Positions 52,830 through 63,763 of a stretch of 64,000 nt of DNA are shown here, in pieces. Origin of the DNA: Verrucomicrobiota bacterium (GTDB taxonomy: Bacteria > Verrucomicrobiota > Verrucomicrobiia > Limisphaerales > JADJPG01); contig JADJPG010000007.1 of the NCBI GenBank assembly GCA_016713365.1, positions 27,454 to 91,453 on the forward strand, given 5' to 3'. Numbering within the stretch: the first letter of the stretch is position 1; the number at the start of each line of letters is the position of its first letter. A program made the position numbers and the translations under genes. The notes beneath the pieces are model-generated. The model worked only from the letters and a program-made list of their open reading frames with translations, did not search any database and was not told the DNA's origin.

Positions 52830-53639
52830 ATGAAAAAGTTCATCCAACGCGTGCAAGACCTCAGCCAGAAAGCCACGCAGCTCAAGCAAGTCGTGGAAGC
52901 CGCGCCGACACAAGCCGCACAGTTGCGCGACACTGCGCTGATGACCGCCGGCCAGCTGCAACAGATGCGACGCGACGTCCAATCGAGCGTGATGGGGCTC
53001 AAGGCCGACAATGAAACTCACCTCACCCGCGCCCTGCAGGAGATTCACGACAATCGCGAGACGTTTTCGCAAGCCGGGTATGCGCTGACGGGCGTCGACA
53101 TGGAACTCAGCCCCATCCATCGATTGGTCGTCCATCTCGATCACGTTTCGGAGGTCAGCGAATCCACGCTGCGTTCGTTGCTGTCGGCACATTCTGAACA
53201 GCCCACCATCTACGCCTTGCTCGATGCCCTGATCAAAGCCGACGCCATTAGCGCACGCGTGCGGCTGTCAGACTTCAGTTATCGAGGACTCGTGGTTCAC
53301 GTCGGGCCCACGCCCTCCGTTCGTCTCAGTTGGCAGTCAGATGAAGTGGAAGACGCAACTGCGCCCATTCCGTCTGCGCCAGTGATTGCCCCGAGCGTCG
53401 CCGCACCGGCGCCACCTCCGTTGCCGGCATTCGGCGCCAGCTCATTCTTCGAGCAACGGTCCGCGCCCGCCGCGCGCTCCACAGTCGAAACCACGACCGC
53501 AACGGCCCCCCTTGCTCCAACGCCAGTCGAAAGGCCTGTTTCCCCGTCGCCAGTAGAACAGCCGGTCGGCGGGAGTTGGAAGCCCAGTGCGCTCGATCGT
53601 TTCAAGAAGATGCCGGACGTTTCCAAATATCGGCGCTGA
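52830..53639 (+). CDS. Hypothetical protein with an N-terminal coiled coil and a Pro/Ala-rich C-terminus.
   Basis: 269-aa ORF, 18 bp after the AAA+ gene stop; consistent codon usage. Confidence 0.55.
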   Translation: MKKFIQRVQDLSQKATQLKQVVEAAPTQAAQLRDTALMTAGQLQQMRRDVQSSVMGLKADNETHLTRALQEIHDNRETFSQAGYALTGVDMELSPIHRLVVHLDHVSEVSESTLRSLLSAHSEQPTIYALLDALIKADAISARVRLSDFSYRGLVVHVGPTPSVRLSWQSDEVEDATAPIPSAPVIAPSVAAPAPPPLPAFGASSFFEQRSAPAARSTVETTTATAPLAPTPVERPVSPSPVEQPVGGSWKPSALDRFKKMPDVSKYRR

Positions 53640-53650
53640 CATCCGCACGT

Positions 53651-56600
53651 CTATCGGCTCAGGCGATGGAACTGCGCCGGGAACACAGTTCGGTTGGTCA
53701 CGGTAAACTTCCCGCTGCTCACCGCGGCAGACCGCGCTTCGGGACCGTCCACAAACAAGGTTTTGCCGCCGAGATCACCGACGGATTGCAACCGCCACTC
53801 TGGATACGCCGTGCTCCATTGCAGCAACGCGTTTCCTGGCGTGACATCGCGAGCGATGTCGAGACGCGGTGGCGGACACGGCAGGCCGAAGAGTTCCACC
53901 CAATAGCTCTCGCATCCGATGTCGGCGGTGCGCGTGGAGACCACGACCACGAAGTTCGAACCCGCCGGCACACGGAAGGAAAACGGCGGGTAAGCGGAAG
54001 GTGTCGTCGCACCGGAGTCGCCGAGGTAATTCACGCAGGGAGAATTCGGAATACCGCCACCGAGATACGCCGCGGCATGCAACGCACCGGCAGGAACAGT
54101 CGGGCAGTCGAAGTGCAGCTGCGCCGTCACGCACAGTTCGGCGTCAGTCGTATTCGTGAAGCTGTGCTGGATATAGCGAACCGGCGGGAGATTCGTGCTC
54201 AGGTCGACACCCGGACAGGGCTTCTCCGGAAAGCAGATCGACGCCTCGCCCGACGCCAGCAACGGTTGCGACCACAGCGGCGAATTGGTCGTTAAGGTGC
54301 CACTCACCACGGTGCAGCTTTCACACGCGCCGCCGCCGTTGCTGCAATCCGTGCCGCCAAGCAGCGTGAACGGAATGGCGAAGGTTCCCTCGCCCACCAC
54401 CGTTGCCTGCAACTCCACGAGCACTGGCGCGCCGCACGGATGCGACGCGAGCGTGCGAACCTGGAACGGCGCGAGATTACTGCGGATGCTGGAGGCCGGG
54501 ATATTCGGATATTCGGCGGCTGAGATCGTCACCAGCGCCGTCGGCGTGAGCGAACGCAACGAGACGTTCTCGAGCTTGATGCCGGAGTTGCGACGGTTCT
54601 GCACCCCCAGAAACACAAGGTTGCATTCATCGGGTTCGAACAGTCCGTTGCCATTGCCGGACAGCACCTGAACTCCAGCAACTCCGCCGGCGAGATTCGT
54701 CACCGTCAGCGTCACATCGTTTCCGTCGCCGCCGCTGTAGCTGATGGCGACGGGGATTTCGCCGAGCTTCTGGACCGCGCCTTGCGGCCAGCCGGAGAAT
54801 GTCCCGGTGACCGGACCCGCCGACGTTTTGCGAATGAGCATCACCGTCTCACCTTCGCGCGGCGCGCCGAGAAATCCTGCGCTGAGCCGACCATTGTTCA
54901 ACGTCACGGTTCCCGCCACGGTGAGAACATCGTTGCCGGCGGTCCCGTGCGAGCCGAAGAAGTCGAGATTCAGCACACCACCGGTTTGAAGATCGAGCGA
55001 TGCCGCGGCGAGGTCAGCCGCGAGCCGTCCCGGCTGAGCGCTTTCGGGTTTCACGACGCCGCCATTCATCACGGTCAACGGGCCAACCTCGCCATCGCCC
55101 AGCAACGCGCCGATGCTGTTCACTGTAAGCGCAGAGGACGGCATCGATCCGTCCATGAGAAACTTTCCTTCCAAGATCGTCGTTGGGCCGGTGAGCGTCC
55201 CGTTCCCCGTAAGATGCATGGTGGTATCGCGACCGAATTTTCCGAGTGAACCGCCACCGGAGAATGACCCAGCGAAAGTGAACGAGACATCGTTGCTGAT
55301 GTTCAGAAATGAACCGGTGGCAAGATTCACCGCACCCGAGCCGAGCAAGCGCCGCAACGTCGCGTTCGCGCCGGGTCTTCCACCGCTTAGCTCCATCAGC
55401 GCGCTCCGACCGAGCGTGACGCTGGCGCGGCGGTTGAGCTGGCCTGGGAGTTGGACACGCAGTCGTGGCGTGGTGGTTGAAGTTGAGTCATCGCCCATCA
55501 GCACATCGCCGGGAATCGAGGTCCAGCCGATCCCCAGTCCGTTTCCACGTCGTGCTTCGACGACACCGTTGCTGATCACCGTGAGACCCGAGTAATCGTT
55601 CGTGCCCGGCCCGAAGAACTCCAACGTGCCAGCACCGAGCTTGGTCAGTCCACCGGAGCTTCCGATGCGCCCGAGCAATTGAAGGCGTCCGTCAGGAAAC
55701 GGCACGTCGATGCCGCAGGATGGTCGGAGCAAGTTAATCGCGCCGGTCGACAAGTTTGTTCCGGCCAGCGAGCGCAACGCCGCCGGTGCAGCGGTGTCGA
55801 GCAGCAGAAACTCGTTGATCGCAATGTTGCCTTCGAGCGCCACGACGCCGTTGCTTTGCACCGTCGTCGAGCCTTGGGTCGTTCCGAACGCGGAGTTGTG
55901 CGCGGCGATCACGGAGCCGCCGTTCACGTTCAGAGTACCCGTGAACGTGTTCGCGCCCGCGAGACGCATCACGCCGGAGCCGTTCTTGTGGAGGTTCGCG
56001 ATGCCGTTGTAGTTGATGACGGCGGCGGTGATGTCGAGTTCGGACGCCCCCAGCAACCCGCCAATCAGCGACGAGCCAACCGCGATGCGGTGATTGCCCG
56101 TGCGCAAACCCAGGCGACCCGAGATGACCGAACTCGAACTGCGTGTCCCGGGATTCACCGTGAGCGAGTTGTCAGCAAGATTTCCCTCGAGCGTCAACAA
56201 TCCCGCGCCCGTGTGAACGTCGCCACCGTCATTGAGCGTGAGCGCGAGGAGGTATTCCTCGTAGCCGTTCAAATCGAGGACACCATCGCCATTGACTGTG
56301 ACGTTGGCCCAAATCTGATCGTGCGAAAGATGCTGAACCTTGGGTGAAGTCAGCGAGTTGCCGTCCCCTCCGATGATCAGATTCCCGGGGACGGCCTGTA
56401 AGAAATCCGGTTTATCGAGAGCCAAGGTTCCCGATTTAACCGAAGTGTTGCGGGAGTAAGTGTTATTCGCGGTTCCCGCCAGGACCAAAGTACCCGGCCC
56501 ATCTTTTAGCAGGTAGCCATCGCCGCTGATGGTGCCCTCGATCCGGGCGATCGCTGGCTCCGATGAAAACAGTCCATCGTCTGTATCAACCGTGGCACCC

Positions 56601-58717
56601 GAGACAATCACAATATTGTTACTAAGAATCACCTGACCCAGGGTGCCAAGCGCCCCGAAATGTCCGCCCGCCCCGTTTCCGCTCAGCATGAGCGGTTCCC
56701 TCACGAGAGATGTCTCAACTCCCAGTCCCAGTGTCGCACCGGCCTTCACCGTGGTTCCCCCGTTCACCCCACCCAAAGCATTATTGTGCCGCGCCAGGAC
56801 CACTCCTTCTTCGATGACCACCGGGCCTGCGAACTGGTTGTTGCCCGAAAGATGAAGAAAACCGAGACCGGCTTTGGTGAATCCACGTCCGGCAATACGC
56901 GCTGAAATATGGAGATGGGGCGACTGTCCCCTAAGATCCCCAACAAAGCCCACCTTGTTCACCTCGAACGTTCGGATCGTCGGGAGAAACAGCGAACCCA
57001 ATCCTGTCGCGCCCTCAATCACCGCCGTGACGTTCGTGGGATTCACCTTCAACGTGCCGAGCAACTGAAGCACGCCGTCGGCGCCAAGAAGCACCCGGCC
57101 ACCCGTGAACGTGAGGTTCGAAACCGCTTCCGCAGAATTGGGGATCGAAAGCAACGCATTGGTGTAGAGCGTGACCTCCGCATTCTCCGGCAGCTGATAG
57201 CTGCTCAACCAACGTACCTCGTGCTGCGGCGCGGCGCTGGGACCGACTATCAGCGGCCCGGAGAACGCACGGACACCGGAGGATTTGTTCAGTTGAAGCA
57301 CCTCGCAGCGCGGCTCAATCGCACCGGTGAAGGTGTTGTTCTCGGAACCCGTGAGCGTCACCACGGTGCCGAGAATGAACAACCCACCGGAGCCGGAAAT
57401 GGAACGCGACAGCGTGAGGTCCTCGCCATAGACCAGCAACTGGTCCGCAAGCGCGATGGGTCCGCCCCACGTGCAGGTGCCGAAGGTGCTGAGCACGGAA
57501 CCGCCGGTGTTGCAGACAAGCGACTCCCCGTGAACAGAGATGTTGTTCAGGCGAACCCCGCCGCCATTGAGAAGCACGCTTCCAGCGGCGCTTCCGAACG
57601 CATTGGTGTGAGCGGCTTCCACGAGTCCCTGATTGATCGAGACATTGCCGGTGAACGTGTTTCGACCGGACAACAGCACAGTCTGTGGGCCGGTCTTGGT
57701 GAAACCGCCGGCGCCGGTGATCTCCGCCTGGATGTCCAGGCCATAGAACGAAGCACCCGTGATGATCAGGCTGTGCGGCACGTTGGGCAGCGAAAGCCGG
57801 CCTTGCATCACTGGAGTCGGGAACGGAGAAAAGTTCCCGCTGGCGCTGGTGACGTTGCCCATGATCGTCAATGTGCCCACTTCGGTCTTGAGCAATCCAT
57901 CCCCGAACATCACCACGTTCTGGACCGTCTCGGTGAAACCGTTGAGGTTCAGCTCGCCTCCGGAAACAACGAGTGTCGCGAGGTCGCCCACCTGATCCGC
58001 GCGATAGTAGTTCGCCGTACCTCCCCACATGCGAACCCGATTCGTCGCCACCACCCCACCCTGCTTCTCCAGCCGCACGTAACCCGGATTCTCCGACCAC
58101 AAAGTCAATTCGCCCGTGAACGTGTTATCCGCCGTTCCACGGAAGGAGACGTAGCATTCGCGCCCGGCGCGGATGTTGACGTTACCAGCTCCGGAGATGG
58201 GGCCGGAGATCTCACAATCTGAAGTCGAGCGGCCAAAAATCGGATCGTCAATCAGACTGCTCACCGCATCGACCCCTAAATTGTGGCCGTTCAAATTCAC
58301 CGGCCCGTTCACATAGAGATTGTTTCGATCATCCAACACGCCATCCCCCCATGAGACATGGAAATCGCAGTCCGCGCCGAGAATGATCGGAAGATTCAGC
58401 GTCACCGCCGCCGTGGTCGTTCCATTGCCGATCGTGATGTGATCCATGAGCGTCAGCGGATTGCCGTTCAACGTGAAGTCGGTGCGGAAATAAAGCGACT
58501 CGACCACCAGACCCGACAAATCATTCTCCATCGTCCCACCACAAAAGACGCAGCCAGGAAAGGTCAACGCATCACCGTTCTGCGGCGCACCGGCAGGTGA
58601 CCAGTTGTTCGGATTGCTCCACAGTCGGTTTCCGCCCAACCCAGTCCACTCGCGCTCGGCTGCCATGGCAACGCCGGCCAACACAAACAACCACACCGCA
58701 AAAACAATTGTCTTCAT
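53651..58717 (-). CDS. Giant secreted autotransporter-associated beta-strand repeat protein (beta-helical adhesin-like, 1688 aa).
   Basis: Signal peptide MKTIVFAVWLFVLAGVAMAA. The first residues, EREWTGLGGNRLWSNPNNWSP, are typical of this family. There are dozens of repeats of the form G-x-L-x-L-x-G-x-N-x-F-x-G. The protein ends ...FTVTNRTVFPAQFHRLSR. Confidence 0.9.
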   Translation of the reverse strand: MKTIVFAVWLFVLAGVAMAAEREWTGLGGNRLWSNPNNWSPAGAPQNGDALTFPGCVFCGGTMENDLSGLVVESLYFRTDFTLNGNPLTLMDHITIGNGTTTAAVTLNLPIILGADCDFHVSWGDGVLDDRNNLYVNGPVNLNGHNLGVDAVSSLIDDPIFGRSTSDCEISGPISGAGNVNIRAGRECYVSFRGTADNTFTGELTLWSENPGYVRLEKQGGVVATNRVRMWGGTANYYRADQVGDLATLVVSGGELNLNGFTETVQNVVMFGDGLLKTEVGTLTIMGNVTSASGNFSPFPTPVMQGRLSLPNVPHSLIITGASFYGLDIQAEITGAGGFTKTGPQTVLLSGRNTFTGNVSINQGLVEAAHTNAFGSAAGSVLLNGGGVRLNNISVHGESLVCNTGGSVLSTFGTCTWGGPIALADQLLVYGEDLTLSRSISGSGGLFILGTVVTLTGSENNTFTGAIEPRCEVLQLNKSSGVRAFSGPLIVGPSAAPQHEVRWLSSYQLPENAEVTLYTNALLSIPNSAEAVSNLTFTGGRVLLGADGVLQLLGTLKVNPTNVTAVIEGATGLGSLFLPTIRTFEVNKVGFVGDLRGQSPHLHISARIAGRGFTKAGLGFLHLSGNNQFAGPVVIEEGVVLARHNNALGGVNGGTTVKAGATLGLGVETSLVREPLMLSGNGAGGHFGALGTLGQVILSNNIVIVSGATVDTDDGLFSSEPAIARIEGTISGDGYLLKDGPGTLVLAGTANNTYSRNTSVKSGTLALDKPDFLQAVPGNLIIGGDGNSLTSPKVQHLSHDQIWANVTVNGDGVLDLNGYEEYLLALTLNDGGDVHTGAGLLTLEGNLADNSLTVNPGTRSSSSVISGRLGLRTGNHRIAVGSSLIGGLLGASELDITAAVINYNGIANLHKNGSGVMRLAGANTFTGTLNVNGGSVIAAHNSAFGTTQGSTTVQSNGVVALEGNIAINEFLLLDTAAPAALRSLAGTNLSTGAINLLRPSCGIDVPFPDGRLQLLGRIGSSGGLTKLGAGTLEFFGPGTNDYSGLTVISNGVVEARRGNGLGIGWTSIPGDVLMGDDSTSTTTPRLRVQLPGQLNRRASVTLGRSALMELSGGRPGANATLRRLLGSGAVNLATGSFLNISNDVSFTFAGSFSGGGSLGKFGRDTTMHLTGNGTLTGPTTILEGKFLMDGSMPSSALTVNSIGALLGDGEVGPLTVMNGGVVKPESAQPGRLAADLAAASLDLQTGGVLNLDFFGSHGTAGNDVLTVAGTVTLNNGRLSAGFLGAPREGETVMLIRKTSAGPVTGTFSGWPQGAVQKLGEIPVAISYSGGDGNDVTLTVTNLAGGVAGVQVLSGNGNGLFEPDECNLVFLGVQNRRNSGIKLENVSLRSLTPTALVTISAAEYPNIPASSIRSNLAPFQVRTLASHPCGAPVLVELQATVVGEGTFAIPFTLLGGTDCSNGGGACESCTVVSGTLTTNSPLWSQPLLASGEASICFPEKPCPGVDLSTNLPPVRYIQHSFTNTTDAELCVTAQLHFDCPTVPAGALHAAAYLGGGIPNSPCVNYLGDSGATTPSAYPPFSFRVPAGSNFVVVVSTRTADIGCESYWVELFGLPCPPPRLDIARDVTPGNALLQWSTAYPEWRLQSVGDLGGKTLFVDGPEARSAAVSSGKFTVTNRTVFPAQFHRLSR

Positions 58718-58847
58718 CCCACCTAGTAAGGCGGCGCCGCGACGGATCTTTCAGAAAAGTTCGGCCTGCCTGCTACCGGAAACCCCCTGGACGGACGCCC
58801 TCGTCCACGCAATTCTCCCTTTCAATGACTCGACTTGGCTGACCTGA

Positions 58848-59913
58848 ATGAGCCTGCGCGCCCTCGGTTGGAATTCCTTCTTTCAAGACGCCTTTGCGCC
58901 CCACGCCGCGCAAGGGCTCGTTGCCGCCCGGGTGTCCGTGCAGTTCCGCGGCGGCTACGAGGTCTGGACCCCAGGACGCAGTGCTGACCGCCGAAGTCTC
59001 AGGCAAGTTCCGGCATGCCACGAAGGTCGCCAGCGACTTCCCCGCCGTCGGCGACTGGGTGGCGATCGAACCGGTCGCCGGCGAAACACGCTCCATCATT
59101 CAAGCGATTCTCCCGCGCAAAAGCCGGTTTTCACGCAACGCCGCCGGCCAGGTCACGGAGGAGCAACTCATGGCTGCGAACATCGACGAAGTCTTCGTCA
59201 TCGAATCGCTCGCAGCCCAAATCAACCTCCGGCGCATCGAACGCTTCCTCACCCTCGCGTGGGATAGCGGCGCGACGCCTACCGTCATTCTGACGAAGAC
59301 GGATTTGTGCCCGGACAAAACCGACGCGCTGCGCGCCGTCCGGAAGATTGCGAAAGAAGCGGACGTGCTGGCCATCAGCTGCCTCGAAGGACAGGGAATC
59401 GCCGCCGTCAAAAAGCGCATGGACAAAGGCTGGACCGTGGCGTTCCTCGGCCCGTCCGGGGTTGGCAAATCGACGCTCGTGAACCATCTCGTGGGCGACG
59501 AAGTCCAGCCGGTGCTGCCCGTTCGCGAGAGCGATCAGAAGGGGCGCCACACCACCACGAGTCGCGAGATGATTTTCCTCTCCGGCGGCGGCGTATTGAT
59601 CGACACACCGGGCCTGCGGGAACTGCAACTGTGGGAAGGCGAGGACGGGCTCGAAACTGCGTTCGCGGATATCGAAGCGCTCGCCGTCCGCTGTCGCTTC
59701 AGCGATTGTCGTCACGAAAAGGAACCGGGCTGCGCCGTGCAGCACGCCTTGCAAACCGGCCAGCTCGCCCTCTCGCGACTTGCCAGTTTTCACAAGCTCC
59801 GCCAGGAAGCCTCGCAATTTGGAGCTCGCCGTGCCGTGCGCGTGCGCAGTGAGGAACGCCGCCGTTCCAAGCTCGGCCGCAGCCTGCGTGGATTGAAGTT
59901 CAAAGACGAATGA
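58848..59913 (+). CDS. rsgA: Ribosome small-subunit-dependent GTPase A (RsgA/YjeQ) with a frameshift near 58975.
   Basis: The N-terminal OB-fold start MSLRALGWNSFFQDAFAPHA is in ORF 58848-59267. The GTPase body (LGPSGVGKSTLVN, DTPG) and the Zn-finger CRFSDCRHEKEPGC are in ORF 58894-59913. The frames differ by one base. Confidence 0.8.
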
Positions 59914-59935
59914 CGGCCGCGCCTTGCGGAACGAA

Positions 59936-62900
59936 TCACGGCTCCCAATCGATGCCGAGCTCACGAAAGCGCGCCCGCACTGCCTTCAGATCGACGAATT
60001 GCAATCGGCGACCCTCCACATTCAACGCCAGGTGCCGTCCGTCCGCGCTGATTGCGTTCGGCAATCGCCACAGCGGCAGCGGCAGGACCGGTTCGAGCGT
60101 GTCAGCCCCGACGCAACGTGCTGTTCCGCGCTGTCTCGGTGACGAGCAGCATCTTTCCATCGCCCGAATACGAAACCTGTCCGTAGGAATCCGTGACCAG
60201 CGGCAGCCTCTTCGTGAGCGTCCAGGTCCGCGTTTCCCACAAGCACAGGCTGTCGCGCGTCAGCACGGCGAGATGTTCCCCCGACGGCGCGCACGCCAGC
60301 GAACGCACCGGCGCTGGATTGGTAAGCGCGACGGCGACAGAGAAATCCGGCACCCGGAAAATCCGCACCACCGGATTCCGGTAATACGGCGCCGCCACCC
60401 ATGATTCGTCCGGAGCGACCGCGCTGATCCACAAGCCGCCCCGCCGCTGCGGTCCGGCGCCCGACTCCAATTGCTCGAACGGCACCAATCGCAATCCCTC
60501 CAGTCCGGAGAACAAAAAGGCGTTCCGCCGACGCAGCCAGTGCGCCGAATAAATTCGTTCCGTGGGACTGAACACCGGCAACGCTTGAATGCGCGGGCGA
60601 ACTTCCCCGGCATCGCGGGACACCCGCCAGCGAAAGAGCTTGGTCTCGTCCGGACCGATGAACTCGTCCCGACCCGGCACCCACGCCACGTCGCCCAAAC
60701 CGCCGCCGCCTTGGAAAAAAGGTTCGCTCAACTGCCCGACCTGCCACAGCGCGAAGCCGGCTTTCGTCGGCGCCACAAACCAGTTTCCGTCCGGGGAGAA
60801 TTCTCCGCGTCGCGACGCGAAGTTCATGCTGTCCGGCAGATCCCACAACGCGGAGTCCCCGGCGGCGGAGAAATCGAGCAGCAACAATTCCGGTCCGCTG
60901 CCCTTCATCGCAGCGCGTTGCCCGCCGGGGTTGAACAGCGGCACTTTGCCGCCCAACGGCGCCGTCAATTCCCGCTGGTAACTGCGCAGGTTCCACACGT
61001 TCACTTCATTGTCCCAGCCAGAGCTGACCAGAAACTCGCCACCCGGCACGAAGGACGCCTCCACCGCCTGCGCCTTGTGCAATCCCAGCGCCCGCACTGT
61101 TCCATCCCGCGCGTTCATCAAGTTCACCGAACCATCCGAACACGCCGCCGCGAGGGAACGTCCGTCCGCACTCCACGACACCATCAGCACGTCCTGATCG
61201 AAACGATTCGACGCGAGCAGCACGCCGTCCGATGCGCCAAACACCTCAACACGGGCACCCCGGATCTCATCCGGACGTGCGATTGCGAAACGCGCGCCTT
61301 CCGGCGAATACGCCACCGACCAGTGCGGCGGCAAGCGCCAGCTTTGTTCCTCGCGACCCGTCAACAGGTCCCAACGCACCAGCCGTCCGCTCGGGCGGCC
61401 CACGAGCAGCTTCGGCTGAGACGGATGAAACGAAATCGCGTTGTTCACGGCAGCGTGCGTGGCGCGAATCACCCGCTGGGTGGACGCCAGATCCCACACC
61501 TCCAGATCGGAATCGTAGCCATCGGTGTGGTCCCGCTTGAACGCCAGATAGCGCGCATCGGGACTGAACCGCAGAACGTGCGCGCTGCGATTTGTGCTGG
61601 GTGGCAGTTCGATCCGCCAGTTTGCATCCGCCAGTGAACGCACCTCCACCGGCCCACGACCTTGCGCCACCGCAAATCGCGTAAACGTCGGATCGACCGT
61701 CACTTCGTTGGCGTTCGAACCCAGCGGAACGATTCGTTCCACCGCGAAGTCCGGCAGCGCCAGCGCAGCAAACGCCTCGCGGCGCAGCTCGGGTGTATTC
61801 CGAATCACCGCCGCCTGCCGCACCGCCTCAAGAGTTCGGAAGCGACGCCCCATCTCGCCGCTCATCACCGTCGCGCGTGCCTGTTCGAGCAGCGCCCCGT
61901 GCAAACGATCCGTCGCCGCGCGCTCCGCCGCCTCCGCGCGTTCGCGCAGTTGGGTTTCCTTTGCACGCGTCGCCGCCGCCTCCCGTGCGCGATAGCTGGC
62001 AAACGCCACCCAGCCAATGGCAACCAGGATCGCCAGCGCCGCCGCAATTCCCAACGCCTTCAACCGCGAGAGCCGCCTCTCCAGTCCGCGCACTCGGCGC
62101 AGGCTCTGGCCGCTTTGCAACAACGCCAGATCGGCCTGCAGCGCCTCGACATTCGAGTAACGATTTTCGCGCTGCGCTTCGCAGGCTTTGAGGACGACTT
62201 CATGCAGTTCCAATGCCTCGTCGCCCGAACCTTCCGCGAACCATTCCGGCGGCACGTCCGGAAAACGGTCCGGCGTGTAGCCCGTGCTCGCCTCGTACAG
62301 CACGATGCCCAGCGCGTAGAGATCCGACGACGCAGAGCCCGGTCCCTCCGGCGGAATGTAACCTTCCGTCCCAACAAACGTCCGTTCGTCGCCGCCGACC
62401 GAAACCAGCCCGATGTCCGCCAGCTTCGCGCGGCCGTTCACGTAGATGATGTTCGCCGGCTTCACGTCGCGATGGATCAATCCGCGCGAATGCAACTGCC
62501 CAAGACCGCTCGAGACCAAGCCCAACCGCACGCAATCGCCCGTGGGCAGCCGACCGAGCCGGCTCAAATCAGAACGCAGCGTGCGCGGCGCGTACGCACT
62601 GAGCGGCGTGACATCCGGGCGAGAGTTATCCGCTCCGGTCCCGGTCGTTTCTTCGCAGGACGGATCGGCGGCGTCCGCTAGTTCCATCACGTAGTAGAAA
62701 TATCCCTCCGCATCATTGCGTCCGACATGAAGCACATGCACCAGACCGTCCGCCGATCGCGAAACCGGTTCGTAGCTCTCGATCCCGGCGAGCTCGCGTT
62801 CGTAAGGACGATCGCTCTCGAACTGCCGGCGCCAGACAATCTTCACCGCGCGCGGCGTGCCCATGACATTGCGCGCCAGCCAGACTTCCCCGTACGCACC

Positions 62901-62975
62901 GCGTCCGATCGGACGACGCAACGTATGATCCGGGATGACGGGAATCGGTGGCACGGGCTGGACATTACCAAACAT
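59936..62975 (-). CDS. Ser/Thr protein kinase with a transmembrane segment and a C-terminal WD40/beta-propeller domain. An apparent frameshift near 60110 affects the last roughly 60 codons.
   Basis: Kinase subdomains GRGAYGEVWLA, HRDVKPANI and DIGLV, then a TM helix, then beta-propeller repeats. The plausible C-terminal propeller blade ...AISADGRHLALNVEGRRLQFVDLKAVRARFRELGIDWEP is in another frame (59936-60160). Confidence 0.8.
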
Positions 62976-63005
62976 GGGCGCGAACAGAAATAGCGAACGC
63001 TCTGC

Positions 63006-63649
63006 TCACTCGGTTTCGGCGCGGAGACGTTCGATCTCCGCTTTGAAGAGCTTTCCCACCCGATGCCGCGCGAGGTAAATCTGCGCGATGTTCACATCCA
63101 GTTTCCTCGCCACCTGCGCCACGGGCAAATCCCCCAGCGCGGCGAGGCGGAAGATCATCAACTGCTGCGAGCTCACCTTCGCCCGCACACGACGCAGGGC
63201 GGTCGCCACCAGGTTTTCCTCCCATTCGCGTTGCCACAATTCATCCAGCGCATCGCCGGACGGATCGGGAATGGATTCCGCAGCAAATCTTCTCCCGAGC
63301 CGGGCAACGATTCGACCACGCGTCCCTCCGCTTGCCGCTCACGCCGCAGGAATTCATGAATGCGCGAGCGCGTGACCACGCGCAGCCAGGACTTGAACGA
63401 GCCGCGCGCCGGATCGTAGCGGAAGTTCGGCATCCGGCGGGAAAGATAGATGAACGTGTTCTGCACCACGTCCTGCGCCTGCGAATCCTGCAGGCCCGAT
63501 TTCCGGGCCACGCTGTAAATCAACCGCCAGTATGAATCGAAGAACTCGCGCCAGCCAGCCTGGTCCTGGCAATCGCGCAGGCGCGTCAGCAGGCTTGCCC
63601 GTGTGGGCAGCAGCGAATCCGTGCCGGGCTCGGCCATCATGGAAGCCAT
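63006..63649 (-). CDS. ECF-type RNA polymerase sigma factor with a frameshift near 63290, directly upstream of the Ser/Thr kinase gene.
   Basis: Sigma region 2 (WREFFDSYWRLIYSVARKSGLQDSQAQDVVQNTFIY) is in ORF 63173-63649. Region 4 (QQLMIFRLAALGDLPVAQVARKLDVNIAQIYLARHR) is in ORF 63006-63239, in a different frame. Confidence 0.75.
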
Positions 63650-63763
63650 TCCTGGATAGTAAGCCGTCCGCGTGCAGAATCTTTCAAGAAAATCGGCCGT
63701 CCGGGTGCGCCCCGCCGTTCCCTCTTTTCAACCGTCATCCACTTCCGCTAGTCTGCGCCGCAC

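Noticed and set aside
56909-58222. Plus-strand 437-aa ORF and several other 100-260-aa plus-strand ORFs between 53.6 and 58.7 kb.
   Set aside because: All are antisense to the 1688-aa giant protein gene.
60022-62681. Minus-strand 324-aa Arg-rich ORF 60022-60996 and plus-strand ORFs 60471-61637 and 61662-62681.
   Set aside because: Alternative-frame or antisense ORFs within the Ser/Thr kinase gene. Extreme Arg/His content and no motifs.
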